From Carpediemonas membranifera BICM (taxonomy: Eukaryota > Protista > Fornicata): DNA of 64,000 bases. A program made the translations under genes and the position numbers. Of this stretch, positions 55,616 through 64,000 are shown piece after piece. Under the pieces are notes generated by a model. The model was given only the letters and a program-made list of their open reading frames with translations. It was not told the DNA's origin and did not search any database. Where the stretch lies: positions 222,214-286,213 of the forward strand of contig JAHDYR010000053.1 of the NCBI GenBank assembly GCA_019828565.1, given 5' to 3'. Numbering within the stretch: position 1 is the first letter of the stretch; each line of letters begins with the position of its first letter.

Positions 55616-57811
55616 TTACTTCTTACCGTATTGCCCGAGTTGCTCCACGAGCGCCTTCTCCTCTTCCGACGCCAACCCAGCCGCAACGCGCTTCTCACCA
55701 TGCGCGGCGAGGGTCTTAGCGTACTTTCCGAGCATCTTGGCGTTGATCTCCTGCTCGAGGAGGACCTCTGTCTTCTCCTTCGTCTCCTTGTTAAAGACCT
55801 TCTTCTTCACGCTCTTCGTCTTCGGCAACCCGACGACGGCATCCTCGCCGGGGCCGTAGAGGGCGACGACATCAGCATACGTCTTGTTGACGTTCGTCTT
55901 GTCCTTATGGTCGACCGACTGATATGCCTCGCGGGCCTGGAGGAAGAACGTGCCCACGGGTATGGCGAGCAGCGCCGCCTGGAGCTCGGCCTCAACCTTC
56001 TTGGCGAGGGCCTTGGCCTCTTCCTTGCGGCGCTTGGCGTCGATGATGTCGAGCTCCTGCTTCTTCTCGGCCTCGCTGAGCCACTGCAGGACGTACCCCG
56101 CCCCATCGGTCTTATCCTGCACGCTCACGCCGAGGACGCGGAGGAGGCGTTCGCGGGTGGCATCGCAGGCGGCGAGTACTGCGACTGGGAGCTTCTCGTC
56201 GGGGGTGGCGATGGCCTTGCGGATGGACGCGATCAGCTCGGTGAGGACGGCGGCGCCCTCGCCAACAGCGGGCTCGGCGTTCTCCTCGGCGGCCAGGAGG
56301 GCTTCGATGGCCTCGGCCCCGGCGGCGTAGTCCTTGGAGCGCTTGGACTCGAGGGCTGGGGCTCGGACGGCAGCACGGAGGTCGGCCACGCGCTGTGCAG
56401 CGTCGGCGTCGGGGCCGGACTTCTCAGTCGAGATCTCCACGCCGAGGAGACCGAGAACCTCGAGTATGAAGGCCTGCAACGCCTCAGCGCCGGTGCGGTC
56501 GAGCACACCCTTCGCCTTGACGACGTCGTACTCGCGGATGAGAGAGAAGAGCCTCGCGAGGGTGCGGTCGTATCTGAAGTTGTTCCGGAGATCATCATCC
56601 ATCTGCTGGCGAGCCGCGGCGACTAGGCCAGCCACGACAGACTCCTCAGCGGCCGTTCCCTCGAAAGAAGCCAGCTCGGAGAGGACAACGCGCAGCTTAC
56701 GCTCGTCGGCAGCGGCCGTCTCGAGCAGGGCAGGCTGGTACTGGAAGTCGACGTTCCAGGCGCTGTTGAGCAGCATCAGACGCACCTGGGTCGGCGTGTA
56801 GTCACGCAGAGTGTCGGCGATGGTGACGAAGTTGCCGAGAGACTTGGACATCTTGTTGACGCAGCGGTTTCCGTCAACAAAGTCAACAACGGTCAAACTA
56901 CCTGTGTGGAAGAAGTAGTTGACCCACTGCTGGCAGCCCCAGTACGCCTCGGACTGGGCGAGCTCGTTGTCGTGGTGTGGGAAGCGCAGGTCGATGCCGC
57001 CGCAGTGGATGTCGAAGAACGGTCTCTCGGGCGTGCACAGCTTGTCCGACGCCATCACAGAGCACTCGATGTGCCACCCAGGGCGCCCGCGGCCCATGAC
57101 ACGGCCGTTCGCGTCCTTCTGGAGCTCCTCGCCGATGAGCTCGGCAGGGTCCCATGAGCACGTGTCCGCGACGACAGCCTCCTCCGCCTTCACCTTCCAG
57201 AGGGCGAAGTCTTCGGCCCTCTTGCGGCCGTCCTTAGGCCTCTCTGACTCGGGAAGGTCGTCGGGGGTCACCGTGACGGAGCCAGGCTCGAGCTTGCCGT
57301 ACTTGTGCGTCTTGGTGAACTGGTGGACGTCGAAGTAGACGGAGCCGTCGGGGCCGCAGTAGGCGAAGCCCTTGGTCATCAGGGCCTGGATGAAGCGGAC
57401 GATCTCGGGCATGTACTCGGAGACGCGGGTGATGTCGTCTGGGGGAAGGACGCCGAGGTTCGCCATGTCGTCGTTGAACAGCTGCTCGAAGCGGCGAGAG
57501 ATGTCCTGGAACGTGGAGTACTCCTTGGCGCCGGCCTGGTCGGCAATGAACTTGTTGATGATCTTGTCGTCAATGTCGGTGACGTTCTGGACAAGCTTGA
57601 CCTTGTAGCCGAAGTACTGCTCAATGATACGTCTTATGCAGTCAAGAGCAACGTAGGTGCGTGCGTGGCCAAGGTGGGAGACGTCGTAGACAGTTGGGCC
57701 GCACTGGTACCAGAGAACCTCGCGGTCAGTGGGCAGAACGAGTTCTACGAGTTCCTTCTTCTCGCTCGTGTTGAGGGAGTTCGCAACCTTGATCGGCTTC
57801 TCTCCAAGCAT
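55616..57811 (-). CDS. CARS1: Cysteinyl-tRNA synthetase
   Basis: WYQCGPTVYD.SHLGHAR, DFALWK, GRPGWHIECS, DLRFPHHDNE, KMSKS. Confidence 0.97.
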   Translation of the reverse strand: MLGEKPIKVANSLNTSEKKELVELVLPTDREVLWYQCGPTVYDVSHLGHARTYVALDCIRRIIEQYFGYKVKLVQNVTDIDDKIINKFIADQAGAKEYSTFQDISRRFEQLFNDDMANLGVLPPDDITRVSEYMPEIVRFIQALMTKGFAYCGPDGSVYFDVHQFTKTHKYGKLEPGSVTVTPDDLPESERPKDGRKRAEDFALWKVKAEEAVVADTCSWDPAELIGEELQKDANGRVMGRGRPGWHIECSVMASDKLCTPERPFFDIHCGGIDLRFPHHDNELAQSEAYWGCQQWVNYFFHTGSLTVVDFVDGNRCVNKMSKSLGNFVTIADTLRDYTPTQVRLMLLNSAWNVDFQYQPALLETAAADERKLRVVLSELASFEGTAAEESVVAGLVAAARQQMDDDLRNNFRYDRTLARLFSLIREYDVVKAKGVLDRTGAEALQAFILEVLGLLGVEISTEKSGPDADAAQRVADLRAAVRAPALESKRSKDYAAGAEAIEALLAAEENAEPAVGEGAAVLTELIASIRKAIATPDEKLPVAVLAACDATRERLLRVLGVSVQDKTDGAGYVLQWLSEAEKKQELDIIDAKRRKEEAKALAKKVEAELQAALLAIPVGTFFLQAREAYQSVDHKDKTNVNKTYADVVALYGPGEDAVVGLPKTKSVKKKVFNKETKEKTEVLLEQEINAKMLGKYAKTLAAHGEKRVAAGLASEEEKALVEQLGQYGKK

Positions 57812-58043
57812 ATATCAAAGCCGGCCTTCGATTCGATTTCGTGCAGAATTAGGTTAGGATGCACGGGCCTCTGGGTCACCCAACAGACGCCACCGAGAGA
57901 CGCATATCATCGTGTTCATCGGTTTGGGTCCTATTTTCAAAATTGAAAGTTCAAACGAGTGACGCAAAGCAAGACAGTGCAGTCATCAATCAGCCAAGGT
58001 CAGCTTTACAACCGGCCATTTCTATAGCAACACCACACATTCA

Positions 58044-59014
58044 CTAATGCCAGTCCCTTCTCAGCTTCTTCTCGATCATGGTCTGCAGCATCTGGAGCTG
58101 CGTCTGGCTCAGCTCGGGCACCAGCGTCACCATCGCATGTAACACGGCGTCCTGCCTCATAAAGTCCTGAGCGTCACCCTGCTCCTGGGCATGCCGGGGC
58201 GACTCCTGACGGGTCGGCATCTGCCAGTCCACCGGGAGCCGCTCATGGGCATGCCGCACCGGGTTGGGTGCGTGGGAGATTACGTGGCCCGGCGGTGGCC
58301 CGCCTACCGACTGTCTCGAGTCGGCCCTGGCCACTGATACTGGGGCCCTGGCTGACATCTTATGGGCAAGGTGGTCTGGTGGTGGGAGGTCGGCCTGTCT
58401 GTTCTGCTGGATAGCGTGGCCCTGAGGGGGAGGGGCAACGTGTGGCTGGGCTTGCTGGCCGGCCATGTCCATATGACGAATATCACGCTCGATCTGGGGC
58501 GTCTGGGGGTCCTCGAAGGTCATACCCGCCCCGGCCGGCTGCTCTCTGTCTGCTGGAATACGCACGCTGTTGGCTAGGCCGCTGGCCTTCGCATTTGCCC
58601 TCTCATCCTCCTCAATGGGCGTGTCGTCTAGCTTCTCGAGGTTTGGGAGGTTGGCGATGACAAAGAGGCGATACTGTGGCGCGTCGGCGATGGGGTTATC
58701 GCTAAGCCACAGTGTTTTGAGGTTAGGGAGCCGGCTGAGGTAGTTGAGCTCGTATAACTCGGAAACCTTGTTCCGACGAAGATAGAGCTCGCGGAGTTTG
58801 GGGCAGAAGGAGAAGTCGCATAGCGTGCTGATGCTATTCACCGAGAGGCTGAGCACCTCCACATTCTTCATGCGACGAACGACTGATACGTCGGAGAGGT
58901 CGTTGCCCCATATCAGTGTCAGGATAGAGAGGAATAACGAACATTGAGATTGCGCACCTGCCCTATATCAGAAACCTTGGTGCGGCCTATGATTTGGTTT
59001 GCTGTGAGGCTCAT
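58044..59014 (-). CDS. CFAP410: Ciliary LRR protein CFAP410/C21orf2-like; proposed 29-nt GT-TG intron at 58914-58942
   Basis: VRNLN|IWGNDLSDVSVVRRMKNVEVLSLSVN, LRELYLRRN, LWLSDNP, YRLFVI..LPNLEKLD and C-terminal VLHAMVTLVPELS. Confidence 0.85.
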
Positions 59015-59412
59015 TCCCGAGAATTATGTCGCAAAGCTGTCAACCCTTATACTGCATGCTGTCGTACAGCTCGAGGAGCGCTTGGCGGCTATACCAGAGT
59101 CAAGAATGCTTCTCAGGCCCAGACAAGGGGCGGGCCACTGAGGTCGGCTGTTGTGGATGAATGAGCATGGCAGGCAGACTCGTGTCGGGCGGACTGGGGG
59201 TTATACGAGCGGGCAGACATTCTTCTCCACCTGTTGTTGTAAGCACCAACTTGTTTCTCTCAGATACGCACAAACTGACTTCGTCACAACGACATCCTAA
59301 GAAGACCCAAAACCCTGTGAAAGCAGCTTGCTACCAGTGCCCTGAACCCCTCTAGCCCCCCACTCGATCCGGATCACATGCGCCCAATCGGGCGTGTATT
59401 CTGCCACAGGCG

Positions 59413-60876
59413 ATGGAGAACAGAACTGCGCCCCAGAGCAGGAAAATGAGCAGTGATCTTGTTGAGTTCGTCCGTATCCCTGGATGCGGTAGCTGTGATA
59501 GCAAGACCGCGCCTGTGAGTCGCAAGGGAAGCGGTGATCTCTCCGAGTTCGTTCGTAGGCCCGGCTATGGGGGTTCCATGGCTGATATGTCCGATGTTAT
59601 CACTCCAGAAGACTCCGATGGCCATGGCCGCGACGATGAGGAGTACTTCACCGCTGCATCCACTGTTTCCATGTCGGAAGAATGCGACGACATGGACTGT
59701 CTCTGCCACAGCATCCCCCTCTCTCACGAGGTCCACGAGGAGTACAAGCGCCTCAAATCGAGCAAGCTCGCTATCGGGGGCCTCGGGGCTCACCACGGCT
59801 CGTGGCTGTGGCGCATTGTCGACCTCATGCGGCGCTACCGCCTCAAAAAGTACTACCGCGTCCAGAACGAGCAGATCGAGGCCTTCCTCGAGGCGTACGC
59901 CGTCATACAGGCAGCCAACCACGACAAGCCCCTCGAGGATCTGCCCCTTTTCCCCTCGGAGCCCTCTTCTCTCCTGGGTACGTTGGCCGTGACGCTCTCG
60001 TTCATCGCAAACGTCATCCTTGTCGTCGTGAAGATCATTGCTGTCTACCTCTCCGGCTCTATGGCCGTCTACGCCTCCATGCTCGACTCTATACTCGACG
60101 TCGTCTCCGGTTTCGTTCTTTCACTCACGACCGTTTTCGCCAAGCGCGGCAATCGCTTGAAGTACCCCATGGGACGCTCCCGCTGGGTCAGTGTGGGCAT
60201 AATCATGTTTGCCACGATCATGGCCTCCTTCTCGCTCACCCTCATCCGCGACAACATCGTCGTCCTGACTGTCGACCGCGAGCAGTTTAAGGCTGACCTT
60301 GACTTCGAGTTGCCCCCCATCTTTATCATGCTCGGAACCATCGCGACTAAGCTTTTCCTCGCCGTCTTCTGCCGTTTCGTCGGCCGCACAGACTCTGCAA
60401 GGGCGTACGCCCAGGACCACATTAACGACGTCTTCACCAACGCGTGCGGGCTTGTCCTTGGTCTGCTCGGGTACCACCTCTTCTGGGCGATCGATCCTCT
60501 CGGGTCGACTGTGATGGCCTCTGTCATTATCATCATTTGGGTATCAAACGCGTATCAGCAGATTATCAACCTTGTCGGCAAATCTGGCCCCGATATGCTC
60601 AACAGCAAGCTGACGTTCCTGGCGATGCACCACGATCCTAGAATCCTCCGTGTCGACTTTGTGGAAACTTTCCACTTTGGAGACAACTACATCGTCGAGA
60701 TCCATATCGTACTCGACCCAGCCACAAAGCTTTCCGAGTCCCACGACGTCGAGGAGAGTCTAAAGTGGACCCTAGAGACCATGCCCAACATCGACCGGGC
60801 TTTTGTCCATGTTGACTTCGACGGTGGACCGCAGCCGATCAATGAGCACAAGGTTCTGGTTCATGGGGGAAGGTGA
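59413..60876 (+). CDS. Cation diffusion facilitator (Mn-CDF/MTP8-11-like)
   Basis: YY..QNE.I, ASMLDSILD, KYPMGR, AYAQDHINDV, IDPLG, SHDV.ESL, RAFVHVD. Confidence 0.92.
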   Translation: MENRTAPQSRKMSSDLVEFVRIPGCGSCDSKTAPVSRKGSGDLSEFVRRPGYGGSMADMSDVITPEDSDGHGRDDEEYFTAASTVSMSEECDDMDCLCHSIPLSHEVHEEYKRLKSSKLAIGGLGAHHGSWLWRIVDLMRRYRLKKYYRVQNEQIEAFLEAYAVIQAANHDKPLEDLPLFPSEPSSLLGTLAVTLSFIANVILVVVKIIAVYLSGSMAVYASMLDSILDVVSGFVLSLTTVFAKRGNRLKYPMGRSRWVSVGIIMFATIMASFSLTLIRDNIVVLTVDREQFKADLDFELPPIFIMLGTIATKLFLAVFCRFVGRTDSARAYAQDHINDVFTNACGLVLGLLGYHLFWAIDPLGSTVMASVIIIIWVSNAYQQIINLVGKSGPDMLNSKLTFLAMHHDPRILRVDFVETFHFGDNYIVEIHIVLDPATKLSESHDVEESLKWTLETMPNIDRAFVHVDFDGGPQPINEHKVLVHGGR

Positions 60877-61296
60877 CATGGCAGTGTATAAGACAGATGT
60901 GTTGTAAACTGTAGCTGGTGCGCTTGGGGAAGAGGAGTTGGGAAGGTGGTGACTTGGACTTGGTTGGTTGTGCTTGTTAGATTAGTTCAGATTCTGCCGT
61001 TCGTGACAACCGCGACAGAGGGGCATTCAGACACTCACATATCATATGTGGACCGAGCAAGACCCAGTCGTATCGTATCCAGTCGTATCTGCCACAGTCA
61101 ATGACGGTCAGCGACAGGTGATTCTTGGCCAATTCTCGCGCCATGTTGAGAGAGTCCCAGACTATGGCGACAGCAAGTGCTATGCCCCTTGTTATGCCAC
61201 CGAAATATCCTACCTTAGGCCCAAACACCACACGAGATTTCTCTAGATTTGAAAATTGAGCCCATCAATTCTGGTTGCTGCGAGTGTTGCCACGTC

Positions 61297-62112
61297 ATGG
61301 CAGATACAACGCCGTCTGAAGACGAGAACAAGAAAAAGCAGATTGCTGAGCTACAGAGAAAGCTCTATGAGAAGTACAGCAAGAGCATCACCTCACAGAT
61401 CGAGAGCATCATGCAGAATGAGTCACCGGAGCTTGTAGCGATGGTTGACGATGCTACAAGCGAGCACGAACGAGAAATGGCAGTCCTTGAGCTCGCTCAG
61501 AAGGTTGACATTGAGGCGCACATGAAAGCATACATGGCTGAAAGAAGGGCAATCGATGATGACTACGAGACCGCCAGAAACCAGGTGAAGAACGTCGTTC
61601 TCCAGCAAATCAACGAAAGTCGTCGTGCGTATGCGGATGAACTCCATAAGTACAGCTTCAGGAAGGCTCTGCCTGAAGTGCCCATCAAAGCCACCGCAGA
61701 GGAAGAGGCGCCCCGGCGCAGGTCCACCCGCTCAACTACCAAGTCCTACAAGGAATGGGTGAGCATCGACCCCTTTCCCCAGACGGAGATCCGCGAGGAC
61801 CTCAAGGCTATCCGAAGTGGCGAGCCCGACCTTGACGCCATCGAGAAGCTTGTATATATCACCTCGGACAAGAGGGGCCTGGACCTCATGGCATGCGGCC
61901 AGCGGTTCTCCAGGGGCGACAGCATCATCGTCACCCAGCTCCGGGAGACGGTCGGCGGGCCTGACACTGACCCCGTCTCTTACCCTGGCCAGATTGTGAC
62001 CGTGGCGCAGGACTACGTGTTCGTGCGGACGGTGGACCAGGACAAGCTGAAGTTCAGCATTCCAGCTGTCCGGGCGGGTCTGGTGCTGGTTCAGAAGGTC
62101 ATCGAGGGGTGA
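61297..62112 (+). CDS. Sds3/BRMS1-like Sin3-complex subunit
   Basis: N-terminal coiled coil, EIREDLKAI motif and a C-terminal small beta domain. Confidence 0.6.
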   Translation: MADTTPSEDENKKKQIAELQRKLYEKYSKSITSQIESIMQNESPELVAMVDDATSEHEREMAVLELAQKVDIEAHMKAYMAERRAIDDDYETARNQVKNVVLQQINESRRAYADELHKYSFRKALPEVPIKATAEEEAPRRRSTRSTTKSYKEWVSIDPFPQTEIREDLKAIRSGEPDLDAIEKLVYITSDKRGLDLMACGQRFSRGDSIIVTQLRETVGGPDTDPVSYPGQIVTVAQDYVFVRTVDQDKLKFSIPAVRAGLVLVQKVIEG

Positions 62113-62248
62113 TAAATTAGGATAACATGTGTCAGCCAGTGTTTATACTGAGACCCAAGCTTCTGTTATTTCGGGGCGGTTCGAAACAACCACAGTTTTT
62201 CAGGTCAGGCGATGTGCCAACAATCGGCCTCATGATTGATCACTTCAG

Positions 62249-64000
62249 CGATCACACCAGGCCACTGGGGGTCATTCTACTCCCACCCACCCGCAGCACG
62301 CGCCCCGTCACCGTCCCAAACCAGACGCTGCCGGGTTCTCGACATTTGCGATGTGCAGTTTATGTCAAACATCGAAAATTCACGATGGACCTGCAGCGCA
62401 TCCTGGAATACAAACAACTAGTTCGTAGCACACCACTCTATCACACAGATCGACAAACTCCAGGACGAAGCCGAAGAAGCTGCGCTGAAGCTGGATTCGG
62501 AGAACGAGCGCACCCGGGCGCTCAAGAGCCACACGAAGAGCGTCGAGCAGGAGCTCCAGAACTGCAACAAGCTACAGATGGAAACTGACGCCGAGATCGC
62601 CCGCATAGAGGAGACCGTTGGCGTGCTGTCCGCCGAGACCGAGGCCGAGCAGAAGGAGATCGTGAAGGTCGAGGCCAAGACCGAGCAGAGCATTCAGCAG
62701 CTCAATGAGCACCAGAACAGCTTGCGTGGGATACAGGCGAAGATCGCGACGCAGACGGAGCAGCTTGGGCTAAGCCAGGAGGCGTATGAGCAGTGGTCGC
62801 TCGTCATCAAGCAGAAGAGCGACGACGCCGCCGCGCAGATGTCGTACATGAAGACGGACGAGGCCAAGCTGAAGGAGCTGCAGACGAAGATCGACCATAA
62901 CGACCGCGAGAAGGAGGCACTTCGCGAGGGCCTTGCGACGGACGTCAGCTTGACGCGCACGAAGCAGACGATCGTGAACAGGCTCGCCGAGGAGTTCAGC
63001 GAGGAGCGGCAGGCCGTCATCCGCCGCCACGCCGAGCTCGAGGACCTCGCCCAGACCATGGCGAGGAAGGACGCAGACATCGAGGAGGAGCGGGCCGAGA
63101 CCGAGGAGGAGACGCAGCTTGACGACGCGCTGCGCATCCGCATGAACGAGGACGAGGAGGCGCTCCGCCTCAACCGCCTGGCCGAGAAGGAGGTCACGCA
63201 CCAGGAGACTGTGTCTCTCGGGACGCTCGAGACCGTCCGCCAGAGTCGTATCGAGGACGAGCGCGCCCGCGAGGAGCGGCAGCGCCAGAACGCCCTCGTG
63301 CGCAGCGGCATCGGGGCCGGCGAGAAGGAGGGCCGCACGTGGCAGACCCAGACGGCCAAGACCAACCAGGAGACGCTGGCCGCGAGCGCCAAGCGCGACG
63401 GCGTCCAGAAGGAGATCGAGGCCATCAAGCTGGCCGCCAATACGCTGGTGACGAAGGAGAGGAGCGTCGCCGAGCGCCAGGCCGAGATCAAGAAGCGCTA
63501 CGACGAGACGGTCGAGCTCCAGGCCGCCGCGAAGGCCGAGCAGCGGGCGCTCGACGAGCAGCGCATGAAGCAGCGTGACCTGCGCGACGCCAAGATTAGC
63601 GAGGAGCGCTCGCTCAACACCGACATCAGCGGCGCGCAGAGCATGCTGCGGAACCTGACGTCGTCCGTCCGCGACAAGGACGCCGAGCAGCAGAAGCTCG
63701 TCCGCAAGCTGTACTCCGTGAACTTCGAGGTCCAGAAGCTTCAGCGCCGGCTCGAGCGCGCGCAGGGCCACCGCACCGCGGAGGAGAAGACCGCACTCAA
63801 CGACAAGATCGCGAGCCTCGAGGCGTCGCTCGCCGAGCGGAAGGCGGAGTTCAAGCTCCTCCAGCAGCAGGAGACCAGCCAGGCGCGGACGCAGGCTGCC
63901 GACCGGAAGGAGCTCGACATGCTCAGAGCCCGCCTGGACGAGGCCAGCACGCACCGCAGCGAGCTGGAGCTCGTGACGAGCACGTGCGAGCAGGAGAAGC
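62249..64000. repeat. Inverted segmental duplication B, copy 2 (runs off the window end)
   Basis: Reverse complement of 52105-53856. Confidence 0.95.
62385..64000 (+). CDS. CCDC39: Second copy of CCDC39 (partial); intron 62421-62448
   Basis: MDLQRILEYKQL, GTTCGT...ATCACACAG, then IDKLQDEAE, open to the window end. Confidence 0.85.

Overview
Gene-dense, intron-poor eukaryotic DNA read in the standard genetic code. Short 5'-proximal introns with a GTTCGT donor and a branch point fused to the acceptor (CTAACACAG-like), together with an expanded RCC1-like family, suggest a metamonad (Fornicata, Carpediemonas-like) protist; this is an inference. Housekeeping genes include GPAT, BIVM, TRAPPC13, CstF-64, Lsm14, PNKP phosphatase, AspRS, NADP-GDH, thioredoxin, dynactin p62, SCYL, RRN3, VAMP7, CCDC39 (two copies), a cyclin, CysRS, CFAP410, a CDF transporter and an Sds3-like protein. 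The main find is two divergent, transposase-less Fanzor1-type (eukaryotic TnpB-derived, RNA-guided) nuclease elements at about 11.15-13.59 kb and 14.65-17.08 kb. Each is bounded by long DIRECT repeats: a perfect 30-bp pair, and a hairpin-containing repeat of at least 44 bp that also has a solo copy at 42.3 kb. Each carries a covarying hairpin scaffold with cUNCGg tetraloops overlapping the ORF 3' end, a putative omegaRNA. Both nuclease frames are disrupted as assembled. Other observations are two apparent introns with non-AG acceptors (GT-TG and GT-CG), a PocR hybrid histidine kinase lacking its phospho-acceptor His next to a bacterial-type glyoxalase, and two inverted segmental duplications each bracketing 8-9 kb.
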